Assembly (NCBI GenBank): GCA_035532555.1 | Contig: DATKQS010000006.1 | Location: 9,380-73,379, forward strand | Length of the DNA stretch: 64,000 bases | Source of the DNA: Thermoplasmata archaeon | GTDB lineage: Archaea > Thermoplasmatota > Thermoplasmata > Lutacidiplasmatales > UBA184 | Direction: 5' to 3' | In this document: one piece after another, positions 1 through 8,471 of the stretch | Layout of the letters: each line of letters opens with the position of its first letter | Position numbering within the stretch: position 1 is the stretch's first letter | Notes under the pieces: generated by a model | Told to the model about the DNA's origin: nothing | What the model saw: only the letters and a program-made list of their open reading frames with translations | Databases searched by the model: none | Made by a program: the position numbers and the translations under genes

Positions 1-1581
1 AAATCGATCTCGGAGATCGTCGGAATGACCGTCGGGGAGCTCGTCCCCATGTTCCGGACCTTGACGTTGACGGATCACGACGAGCAGATCGTCGGCCAGG
101 TCGTCAAGGAGGTCCGCGCGCGGCTCGGGTTCCTCCAGAACGTGGGCCTCGACTATCTCTCGCTCGACCGCGCGAGCGCTTCCCTCTCGGGCGGAGAGGC
201 CGAGCGCATCGCCCTCGCCACTCAGATCGGCTCGGGGCTCGTCGGAGTGCTGTACATCCTGGACGAGCCGTCGATCGGCCTTCACCCGCGGGACCACGCC
301 CGGCTCCTAGCGACCCTCAAGACGCTCCGTGATCTCGGCAATACCCTCCTCGTCGTCGAGCACGACGAGATGACGATGCGCGAGGCCGACTGGCTCGTCG
401 ACCTCGGACCCGGCGCCGGGGTACACGGCGGAGAGGTCCTCTACTCGGGCATCCCCTCGGGCATCGGCGACACCCCGCGGTCGGCCACGGCGGACTTCCT
501 TGCCGGTCGTCGGAGCATCGCGGTCCCCGAGAAGCGCCCGGCCCCGACGGAGCGGTGGCTCACGATCCACGGCCCCCACGAGAACAATCTCAAGGGCGAC
601 CCTATCCGCATCCCGCTCGGTCTTCTCGTCGCCTTCTCCGGGGTCTCGGGCAGCGGGAAATCGACCGCGGTACAGGAGATACTGTACAAGGCCGTCCGTC
701 GCCACCTCGGGCTCGGCCGGGAGTCGCCCGGCAAGCACGACTTCATCGAGGGGATCGATGCCATCGACCGGGTCCTTCTCATCGACCAGGCCCCGATCGG
801 CCGCACCCCACGGAGCAACCCGGCCACGTACACGGGCGTCTGGACGCCGATCCGCGAATTGTTCGCGGGTCTGCCCGACGCGAAGGCGCGCGGCTTCGCG
901 CCGGGACGTTTCAGCTTCAACGTCGCCGGCGGCCGTTGCGAGGCGTGCGAGGGCGATGGGGTCCTGCGCTACGAGATGCACTTCCTCCCCGCGGTCTACG
1001 TCGCATGCGAGGAATGCCACGGCCGACGGTTCAATTCGGAAACGCTCGAAGTGAAGTTCAAGGGAAAGTCGATCGCCGACATCCTCGAGATGACGGTCGA
1101 TGAGGCGGCGGCGTTCTTCTCGACCCACCGCCGGATCGCCGGACGCCTCGCGCTCCTCTCCGACGTGGGCCTCGGCTACGTCTCGCTTGGCCAGAGCTCG
1201 ACGACCCTCTCCGGAGGAGAGGCCCAGCGGATCAAGATCGCCTTCGAGCTCGCCAAGTCTCCCACGGGCCGGACCCTCTACCTTCTGGACGAACCCACGA
1301 CGGGCCTGCATTTCGCGGACGTCGAGCGTCTGCTCGATGTGCTCTTCCGGTTGCGCGGAGGCGGGAACACCGTGGTCGTGATCGAGCACCACCTGGACGT
1401 CCTCAAGGCCGCCGACTGGATCATTGACCTCGGACCCGAGGGCGGCAACGCCGGAGGCCATGTCGTCGCTCAAGGGACCCCCGAGGCGATCGCCGCGGTC
1501 GCGGCGTCCCACACCGGACACTTTCTCAAGCCTCTCCTCGGCCGACAGGCCGCCCCGCGGCTCTCGGTCGCGCGGGCATGA
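1..1581 (+). CDS. uvrA: Excinuclease ABC subunit A (UvrA), 5'-truncated by window start
   Basis: ABC ATPase signature [12 protein letters not shown], Zn-finger C..C..C..C (CEACEGDGV...CEECHGRRF) and a duplicated ABC module typical of UvrA. ORF reads from the window edge; 4-nt overlap with uvrC. Confidence 0.9.
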   Translation, partial: KSISEIVGMTVGELVPMFRTLTLTDHDEQIVGQVVKEVRARLGFLQNVGLDYLSLDRASASLSGGEAERIALATQIGSGLVGVLYILDEPSIGLHPRDHARLLATLKTLRDLGNTLLVVEHDEMTMREADWLVDLGPGAGVHGGEVLYSGIPSGIGDTPRSATADFLAGRRSIAVPEKRPAPTERWLTIHGPHENNLKGDPIRIPLGLLVAFSGVSGSGKSTAVQEILYKAVRRHLGLGRESPGKHDFIEGIDAIDRVLLIDQAPIGRTPRSNPATYTGVWTPIRELFAGLPDAKARGFAPGRFSFNVAGGRCEACEGDGVLRYEMHFLPAVYVACEECHGRRFNSETLEVKFKGKSIADILEMTVDEAAAFFSTHRRIAGRLALLSDVGLGYVSLGQSSTTLSGGEAQRIKIAFELAKSPTGRTLYLLDEPTTGLHFADVERLLDVLFRLRGGGNTVVVIEHHLDVLKAADWIIDLGPEGGNAGGHVVAQGTPEAIAAVAASHTGHFLKPLLGRQAAPRLSVARA

Positions 1582-3278
1582 CCGTGAGCCCCGGCGACCC
1601 CCGCTCCTTCGTCCCCGCGAGCGAACTCGCGGTCGCGAGCGGAGATGGGTTCCGGCGGGGTCCGGACGCTCCGGGGGTCTACCTCTTCCGATCGGCGCGT
1701 GGAGCGGTGGTCTACGTCGGCAAGGCCCGCAGCCTGCGCCGTCGGGTGCTCGACCACCTCCGCGCCAAGATCGAGAAGGACGGCACGATCCTCGCCCAGA
1801 GCGCGAGCGTCGAGTTCGTTCCCACCTCGAGCGAGCGCGAGGCGCTCCTGCTCGAGGCGAACCTGGTCAAGCAGTACCAGCCTCCGATGAACACGCTGCT
1901 CAAGGACGACAAGAGCTTCCCGTACCTTTCGATCTCCACCCGCGAGGAGTTCCCTCGCCTATTGATCGTGCGTCGGCCGCGCCGGGACGGTCGGTCGATC
2001 CTGTTCGGACCGTACACAAGCGCCCGCGAAGCGCGCAGCGTGCAACACCTGCTTGCCGACACCTTCCGCCTCCGGCGCTGCGCCCGCCTCCCGAAGGAGG
2101 CCTGCCTGTACTACCACCTCAAGGTCTGCAGCGCCCCGTGCATCGGGGCGATCGGACCGGTCGAGTACCGGGCCACGCTCGACCGGGTCGGAGAGATCCT
2201 CCGGGGCCGGGGAGAGCCCGTGGGACCAACCATCGAAGCGGAGATGCGGACCGCCGCCGACCGCCAGGAGTTCGAGCGGGCGGCGCTCCTGCGGGACGCG
2301 CTCGCGGGCCTCGGCGCGCTCGGCGAGCGGCAGAGCGTGATCGGACCCGGGACGGGACGTGCGGATGTCCTCGCCCTCGCGTTCTCGCAAGACCCCGCCA
2401 CGCTCCGCGTCGCCGTCGGCCTCTTGCACGTCGTGGACGGCGAGGTCCGCGGCACCGAGCCGCACCTCCTTGAGATCCCGGCGGACGATCTGCCCGATCC
2501 GGGCGAGACCCTGCGCCAGTTCCTGGGGCAGTACTACGGCGGCCGCCTCGAGCTCCCGCAGCGCATCTACGTCCACGGTCCGAGGCCGGCGGGCATCGAC
2601 GCGACCGTGGACGAGTTGTTCGCGAGCCGGGGCATCGAGGTCCAGTTCCACCCCACGGGCCGGTATGCCTCCCTCGGGCGGCTCGCGGAGCGCCTCGCGC
2701 GGGCGAGCGTCGATCAGGTGGTGGCGCGCCCCGCACCGCGCGAGGTCCTCCTCGCGCTGCAGAGCCTGCTCGAACTGCCCACGATCCCGAACCGCATCGA
2801 GGGGATCGACATCTCGATCTTCCAGGGATCGAACGCGGTGGGATCGCTCGTCGTCTTCGAGCGGGGCGCGCCGAAGAAGTCGGAGTACCGGCGCTTCCGC
2901 ATCCGGTCCGTGGAAGGGACGAACGACTTTGCGATGGTCGCCGAGGTCGTGCGCCGGCGCTTCCTCCGACGCGTGGCCGAGCAGGAGATCCTGCCGGACC
3001 TCCTCCTCATCGATGGCGGGCGCGGGCAGCTCGGGAGCGCGCTCAGCTCGCTCGCCGCGCTCGGTCTCGCGGAGCAGATCCCGACGATCGGCCTCGCCAA
3101 GCGGGAGGAGGAGGTCTACGAGCCGGACCGGGCGGAGCCGCGGCGTCCCAACCCGAACTCCCCGCCGATGCTCCTATTGCGGGCGGTCCGCGATGAGGCC
3201 CACCGGTTCGCCGTGACGTACCACCGGACCCGGCGGCGGATCCGCATGCGCGAAGAGTTCGATCGCGCCGATCGGTGA
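1578..3278 (+). CDS. uvrC: Excinuclease ABC subunit C (UvrC)
   Basis: N-terminal GIY-YIG motif (GVYLFRS...[14 protein letters not shown]), UvrBC-interaction region, C-terminal RNase H-like/HhH region; 566 aa. Confidence 0.9.
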   Translation: MTVSPGDPRSFVPASELAVASGDGFRRGPDAPGVYLFRSARGAVVYVGKARSLRRRVLDHLRAKIEKDGTILAQSASVEFVPTSSEREALLLEANLVKQYQPPMNTLLKDDKSFPYLSISTREEFPRLLIVRRPRRDGRSILFGPYTSAREARSVQHLLADTFRLRRCARLPKEACLYYHLKVCSAPCIGAIGPVEYRATLDRVGEILRGRGEPVGPTIEAEMRTAADRQEFERAALLRDALAGLGALGERQSVIGPGTGRADVLALAFSQDPATLRVAVGLLHVVDGEVRGTEPHLLEIPADDLPDPGETLRQFLGQYYGGRLELPQRIYVHGPRPAGIDATVDELFASRGIEVQFHPTGRYASLGRLAERLARASVDQVVARPAPREVLLALQSLLELPTIPNRIEGIDISIFQGSNAVGSLVVFERGAPKKSEYRRFRIRSVEGTNDFAMVAEVVRRRFLRRVAEQEILPDLLLIDGGRGQLGSALSSLAALGLAEQIPTIGLAKREEEVYEPDRAEPRRPNPNSPPMLLLRAVRDEAHRFAVTYHRTRRRIRMREEFDRADR

Positions 3279-3287
3279 GCCGGGCGC

Positions 3288-3827
3288 CTACGTGCGGGGA
3301 CGCTTCGGGTTCCGGGAACCGGGCCGCAGCTCGATCCACGTCATCGTGGGCGGTTCGATGTTCCGTCGCCACATCGCCCCGATGAGCTCGCCGATGTGGT
3401 GGGCCTCTTCGAAGGAGATTTGGAGGACCGCATCGCGCACGGTGTAGCGGCCCGGCATCCAGAACGCCTTCACCCTGCGGTTGAGCTCCTGGTCCGTGAG
3501 CGTCGGCAGGCGCGCCTCGATCCCGTCCCAAACGCGCGCGGCGTAGGCGTCGAACTCCTTCCAGTCCTTCGGCTTGCGCGTGGGATCCTGCCACAGGGCG
3601 TCGATCTCTCGCTGGCGGCGGGGAACGATGTACAGGAGCCAGGACTCCTGGACGTTCAGGATGTGGGTGAGGGTCGCGATCATCGAGCCGTGACCGATCC
3701 CGAGATCCCGGTGCGTGACCTTCTTTGGAAGGCGACGGATCCGGCGGACGAATGCGTCGAACAGCGTGCGGTCGTAGTCGAGGAGGGCGCGCACTTCGAG
3801 CACCGAAGCCGATGCGCGAGAAGCCAT
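3288..3827 (-). CDS. DinB/YfiT-like metal-dependent hydrolase family protein
   Basis: 179 aa with DinB_2-like His-containing helices (HRDLGIGHGSM...HILNVQESW...HHIGE). Confidence 0.65.
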   Translation of the reverse strand: MASRASASVLEVRALLDYDRTLFDAFVRRIRRLPKKVTHRDLGIGHGSMIATLTHILNVQESWLLYIVPRRQREIDALWQDPTRKPKDWKEFDAYAARVWDGIEARLPTLTDQELNRRVKAFWMPGRYTVRDAVLQISFEEAHHIGELIGAMWRRNIEPPTMTWIELRPGSRNPKRPRT

Positions 3828-3886
3828 GGGCTCCGAGCTAGCCGGTGCCGGGCTTTAAAGATGCGAGCCGCGCCCGGGGATCTCGT

Positions 3887-4645
3887 TCAGCGCCCGTTCG
3901 CCTTGCGCTCCGGCGTGCCGATGAACGGCATGCCCTGGACGCGCTTTGCGATCTCGGCCGGCGTCATCCGGCGCAGCTCCGATTCGGGCTCGAGGATCGC
4001 GACATCGAGCGCCTCGGGAGGGAACGGCGACGGCGAACCTTCAGCCACCGCCTTCACCGCGAGTTCGAACGCCCCGGCTTCGTCCCGGTGCTCCCCGATC
4101 TTCTCCTCGAGGTAGTCGGCGACCGCGCGGCGGTTGCGGCCGATCGCATAGGCCTTCCATCCGATCGTGGCGCCGCTCGGATCGAGCTCGACCAGTCCGG
4201 CCTGGCCGTTCGTGAAGCCGCCGAGCAAGAGGGAGACCGCGAACGGCCGGGTCCCGCCGAACTGCGTGAACTGCTGGAGGAGCGTGCCGAGGGAATGACC
4301 GAGCATCGCGAAGGGTGCGGACTCGGAGTAGGCGATGCGGTGGCGCTGGGCTTCGACCCGCAGGAACTCGACGAGGACGCGAGAGTCGGCGATGAGTCCG
4401 GCCGTGACACAGCCGAGCCCGGCGTCGATGGCGAAGCTCTTCTCGACCGAGCTCGCCTCGGCGAGGCTGCTGACGGGCAGGTTGCGGTACGCCACGAACA
4501 CGATGCCCGTGTCGTACGTGACCGCGACGGCGGTCCCGCCCATCTGAATCGCCTGCAGGGCGTACTCGACTTGGAACAGTCGGCCATCCGGCGAGAAGAC
4601 GGTGCTCGCGCGGTCGTACGCCATCTGGCCTGGTTGCATCTCCAT
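3887..4645 (-). CDS. psmA: Proteasome subunit alpha
   Basis: N-terminal YDRASTVFSPDGRLFQVEYA is the canonical archaeal/eukaryotic proteasome alpha signature; 252 aa. Confidence 0.92.
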   Translation of the reverse strand: MEMQPGQMAYDRASTVFSPDGRLFQVEYALQAIQMGGTAVAVTYDTGIVFVAYRNLPVSSLAEASSVEKSFAIDAGLGCVTAGLIADSRVLVEFLRVEAQRHRIAYSESAPFAMLGHSLGTLLQQFTQFGGTRPFAVSLLLGGFTNGQAGLVELDPSGATIGWKAYAIGRNRRAVADYLEEKIGEHRDEAGAFELAVKAVAEGSPSPFPPEALDVAILEPESELRRMTPAEIAKRVQGMPFIGTPERKANGR

Positions 4646-4826
4646 CGATCGTGCCTCTGGAATCGGGCCGCCCAGTCGAGCGGGGGATTTGAACCTGCCC
4701 CTCGGTGGGGAGGTTGGTCCATCAAGTAACCTCGCCGCCCGTAACTCGGGCGCGCCGAAGCGGTCGGAGACCCTCCGGCCCCTCGGGAAATGGTAATAAT
4801 CTCGGCCCGCGCCTTCTTCCGAGACG

Positions 4827-5960
4827 ATGGCGACCGACGAGCTGCAGCTGCTTCCGATGGCCTCGAGCTATCGAGGAGCCCTCAGCCCCGCCTGCGTGCA
4901 GTGCGCCGAAGGGCGCAAGATGGTGCTCTTCGTCACCGGGGTCTGCCGGTTCCACTGCTTCTACTGCCCGGTCTCCCCGAATCGCAATCAGATCGATGTC
5001 GCGTATGCGAACGAGCGCCGCATCACGTGCGACGCGGACGTCCTCGCGGAGGCCCGCGCGATCGGCGCCGCGGGAACCGGGATCACGGGAGGCGATCCGC
5101 TCGGAGTCGTGGATCGCGTCGAGCACTACGTCCGTCTCCTCAAATCCGAGTTCGGGAGCGGGCACAACATCCACCTGTACACGCACGAACCGAATGCGGC
5201 GAAGCTCCAGCAGCTCGCCCGCGCGGGCCTCGACGAGTTCCGCCTCCACATCCCTCACTACCTGTGGGGCCCGCTCACCGCGTCGGGAGGGGCGTACCGC
5301 TCCGTGCTGGAGGAGGCGCCCTCCTGGGGGATCCGTCGAGGCGTGGAGATCCCCGTTCTGCCCGAGAAAGAGGCCGAGCTCAAGCGACTGCTCGAGACCC
5401 TAGAGGAGATCGGGGTCGACTTCGTCAACCTCAACGAGCTCGAGTTCTCGGAGACGAACGAACGCATCCTGCGCGATCGGGGATACCGAACCGACGAGCG
5501 CAACGGCTACGGCGTCCACGGCAGCCGAACCATCGCGGAGCGGATCGTCCGGGAGAGCCGCCTATCGATACCCGTCCACTATTGTTCGTCCCGGTTCAAG
5601 GACGCGGTCCAGTTGCGCCACCGGCTCCAGCGCCGCGCCGAGATCACGGCACCGCCGTTCGCCCGACCGACCGGGGAGGGCACGATCGTCTACGGCATCG
5701 TGGAGGCGCCGGGGACCATCCATCTCGAACGCATCGGCGCTCGTTTGGAGACCGTCGCGCGCATCCGCCCCAAGGACTACCGGCTGGACTTCGGTCGCCG
5801 CCGGGTGGAGCTCAATGCGCGGGCGTTGCGCGGAGTCGCGGCCCGCTTGCCCTGGCCGGCGTTCGAGGTCGAGGAGCATCCGACCTCCGAGCGCTTGGAG
5901 GTCGAGCGGGAGCCGCTCAACCGCGCCGCGTTCCCCGGAACTCCCCTCGGCGGCACGTAG
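4827..5960 (+). CDS. Radical SAM domain protein
   Basis: CRFHCFYCP = CxxxCxxC radical SAM cluster motif, followed by a glycine-rich SAM-binding segment; 377 aa. Confidence 0.7.
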   Translation: MATDELQLLPMASSYRGALSPACVQCAEGRKMVLFVTGVCRFHCFYCPVSPNRNQIDVAYANERRITCDADVLAEARAIGAAGTGITGGDPLGVVDRVEHYVRLLKSEFGSGHNIHLYTHEPNAAKLQQLARAGLDEFRLHIPHYLWGPLTASGGAYRSVLEEAPSWGIRRGVEIPVLPEKEAELKRLLETLEEIGVDFVNLNELEFSETNERILRDRGYRTDERNGYGVHGSRTIAERIVRESRLSIPVHYCSSRFKDAVQLRHRLQRRAEITAPPFARPTGEGTIVYGIVEAPGTIHLERIGARLETVARIRPKDYRLDFGRRRVELNARALRGVAARLPWPAFEVEEHPTSERLEVEREPLNRAAFPGTPLGGT

Positions 5961-6120
5961 TGCTCGTCGCAGGCGTGCCCGCCCCACGTGAGGTAGCGGG
6001 TGTCCCCGCGGCGATGCTTGATCGAGCAGGGCCCCCAGCCCTCGTTTTCGGCCCCGTACCACATGGGGCAATCCTTGCAGTGGAGCACGGGCTCGGCCAC
6101 CGTGAGACGCGGGGGGGTCA
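5777..6120 (-). CDS. Small Cys/His-rich protein (HCKDCPMW...GWGPC...GGHACDEH); start GTG overlaps the folD stop (GTGA)
   Basis: GTG start overlaps the folD TGA stop. The first ~55 aa contain a metal-binding-like C-x2-C...C...H-x-C-x2-H pattern. The 3' tail (Arg/Ser-rich) runs antisense into the radical SAM gene, so the true end is uncertain. Confidence 0.3.
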
Positions 6121-7008
6121 CCCTCGTACCTCCCCCAGCTCCGCCAGTTGCCACGCCCGAACGGTGTTGCCCATGAGCTCCGCCACCGTCACCGGACCGA
6201 CTCCCCCCGGTACCGGGGTGAGCGCTCCCGCCCAGCCTTCGAGGTCCGCGGCATCGGCGTCCCCGACCGCCCGCCCGCCGCCCGGCGCGGAAGGGTCCTC
6301 GACGCGAGAGAGGCCCACGTCGATGATGGCGGCACCCTGCGGAACGTTCGCCCGGGTCAACAACCCCGGTCGACCGGCACAACTGAAGATCACGCTCGCT
6401 CCCTTCAGGGCTTCCGCGAGCACGTCCGTCTTGGAGTGCGCGATCGTGACGGTCGCGTCGACCCCGCGCGCCAAGAGGAGCATCGAGAGCGGGACCCCCA
6501 CGGTCTCGCTGCGTCCGACCACCGCGACTCGGTGTCGGGCCATCGGAAGCCCGTAGTGTCGCGCGATGGCGATGGCCGCGCGCGCTACTGCCGGAGCGTG
6601 CAGAGGGCGCTGGGCGGCGAGGAGCCCGAGACTCAACGGGCTGACCCCGTCCACATCCTTGACCGGAGATAGGCCGCTGACCGCGCGGATGAAATCGAAC
6701 GGCGGTGGGAGAGGATGCTCGAGCAGGACGGCGTCGATCGCGCGATCGTTGGAGAGCGTTCGAACGTGATCCACGAGCTCCTCGGGGCCCTCCCCGGGCG
6801 CGAGGGCCTCCTCGCGGAAGCGGATCCCGAGAGATTCGGCCGCCTGGCGCTGCCGTTTGAGGTAGAATCGGAACGGGCTGTCCACCCCCCGGTGGACGCT
6901 CGCGAGCGTGGGGGGGCGCGTGGAGGCAGGCACGCTGCGGAGCGCTGCCCGGACCTCGGCGTCAACGGCCTCCGCGACGGGCTTTCCCTCGAGGCGCTGG
7001 GTCTGCAC
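6118..7008 (-). CDS. folD: Bifunctional methylene-THF dehydrogenase/methenyl-THF cyclohydrolase (FolD)
   Basis: 296 aa with the typical FolD organisation: N-terminal catalytic domain with a YxxxK-like region, C-terminal Rossmann fold (VAVVGRSETVGVPLSMLL...ATVTIAHSKT). Confidence 0.9.
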   Translation of the reverse strand: MQTQRLEGKPVAEAVDAEVRAALRSVPASTRPPTLASVHRGVDSPFRFYLKRQRQAAESLGIRFREEALAPGEGPEELVDHVRTLSNDRAIDAVLLEHPLPPPFDFIRAVSGLSPVKDVDGVSPLSLGLLAAQRPLHAPAVARAAIAIARHYGLPMARHRVAVVGRSETVGVPLSMLLLARGVDATVTIAHSKTDVLAEALKGASVIFSCAGRPGLLTRANVPQGAAIIDVGLSRVEDPSAPGGGRAVGDADAADLEGWAGALTPVPGGVGPVTVAELMGNTVRAWQLAELGEVRG

Positions 7009-7052
7009 AGAAGCTCTCGGCGGACCAAGTTCCGTGCGGTAAATAAGGGGCG

Positions 7053-8471
7053 GTGAGAGGTGGGCGTGCCTCGACGCCCTCCTACCGCCGAGGAGTCCAC
7101 CAAGTCAACCCTGCGTGCGGGGCTTTGGAACCGGATCGGTCACGGCCCCGCCGGACCGATCGAGTTCCTCCCGGACCGTCCGCTCATCTCGTGCGACCCG
7201 GCGTTACCCGGGCGGTAGAGGAGAATCATCGCATCATGGGCCAGGGCGTCGGGGTCAAGCGCGAGACCCCCTAGCGATGAGTTCAACGTAGGGGTTACCC
7301 ACTCCCTCAACGCGGTTCGACAGATGTTCAGCCCGGCGTTCAATTGTCGATCGCACCGCCAGCGGCATCGTCCGCAGACGAACACCCGGCCCACCCTGCT
7401 TCGGCGTTCTTTGACTTCGCCACATCTCGGGCAGGTCTTCGACGTATAGCGTGGGTTCACTTTGATGATGGGGACCCCGTGCTCCTCGGCTTTGTACTCG
7501 ATCTGGCGGTGGAGTTCCCGCTGGGGCCACGACGAGAGTCGGCGGCGCATTCTTCGACCTCGCCCGCCTCCCCTCGGTAGATGGAGGTCCTCCAAGACGA
7601 TCGCCGCCCGTCGTTTCCGAGCTTCTCCCACGAGGCCCTTACTGATCAGGTGAATGCGCTGCGAGACCCGGGCGTGTTCCCTCCGTCCCTCTCGTCCGCC
7701 GAGTCGGCGGCCGACCCTTCGGTCGTGAGCCTTCTTCCTCCCGAGCCTTCTGCGGCGAACGAAGTGTCGGTGTTGTACAAGGGAGACCTCGGGGTAGGGA
7801 ACGGTAACGGGGGTGGCCTTGTCCCGAGAGAGCGCTACCCCATCGAGGGACCGTTCGTTGGTGTCGAGGGCGAGAACCGTCTTTGGCGCGTAAGCCTCGG
7901 GCACGGAGGGCTCTAGGATCAGGATGGCCCGGTTCGGGGTGAGTCTCAGTTGCTTGACCTTACCGGATGCGAGGATCCTACGGTGATAGTCCGACATTCG
8001 GGCGTCAAACCCCGCCCACTCCCCGTTCCGGAGGGACAGGCGCACGTGACCCGTAGTGGCGTTGAGATGGAACGTAGCGCCGTCGGCATGCAAGAACGAG
8101 CGGAGGCAATAGGGTACTTTCCCCGTTACGCCCTTGCGAAGCCTACGTCGGTGACCTTTGTTCAAGGAGAGGGCCAAGTCCATGGCGGTCCGCGCATGAG
8201 CCCCGTGGATACGATATTCCCGAGCGACTCCTTCGCTGAACTTGCTGAGAGAGCCCTTCGCGGTGAGATCCTTCTCCAAGGCCTCGCGAATACCACGGTT
8301 CACCATCAGGCGAAAGTCCCCCATGAGGGATAGGATGGGGGCCGGAAGTGGGGCTGCGAGATGGCAGACGAGCGCACGACGGGTCGAGGACATAGGGAGT
8401 CGATGCGCGAGCGCGGCAGTTAAGGCCACCCAAAATCGCGAGCACATTTCACATCCGATTTCAAAGCATGC
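7053..8471 (-). mobile_element. IS200/IS605-family (IS1341-like) element carrying a solo tnpB, no tnpA
   Basis: The tnpB ORF sits in the folD/lonB divergent intergenic region; an 8-bp-stem hairpin (gatcggtc-N12-gaccgatc, ~7134-7161) spans the tnpB stop codon. Element boundaries are approximate. Confidence 0.45.
7140..8393 (-). CDS. tnpB: TnpB (OrfB_IS605) RNA-guided endonuclease-like transposon protein
   Basis: RuvC-I (VLALDTNE), RuvC-II (AAIVLEDLHL) and RuvC-III (CDRQLNAGLNI) motifs present; Zn-ribbon CPRCGE...CGRCRWRC. This is the C-terminal 417 aa of a 1137-aa open frame whose remainder is antisense to lonB and therefore spurious. Confidence 0.8.
   Translation of the reverse strand: MSSTRRALVCHLAAPLPAPILSLMGDFRLMVNRGIREALEKDLTAKGSLSKFSEGVAREYRIHGAHARTAMDLALSLNKGHRRRLRKGVTGKVPYCLRSFLHADGATFHLNATTGHVRLSLRNGEWAGFDARMSDYHRRILASGKVKQLRLTPNRAILILEPSVPEAYAPKTVLALDTNERSLDGVALSRDKATPVTVPYPEVSLVQHRHFVRRRRLGRKKAHDRRVGRRLGGREGRREHARVSQRIHLISKGLVGEARKRRAAIVLEDLHLPRGGGRGRRMRRRLSSWPQRELHRQIEYKAEEHGVPIIKVNPRYTSKTCPRCGEVKERRSRVGRVFVCGRCRWRCDRQLNAGLNICRTALREWVTPTLNSSLGGLALDPDALAHDAMILLYRPGNAGSHEMSGRSGRNSIGPAGP

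Noticed and set aside
4646-4826. tRNA-like T-arm fragment (gggggatttgaacc / GGTTCAAATCC on minus strand) in the psmA/radical-SAM divergent intergenic region
   Set aside because: Only a T-loop-like heptamer with imperfect flanking stem is present. No acceptor, D or anticodon arms can be built. It is possibly a very degraded tRNA/att remnant, but it cannot be supported.
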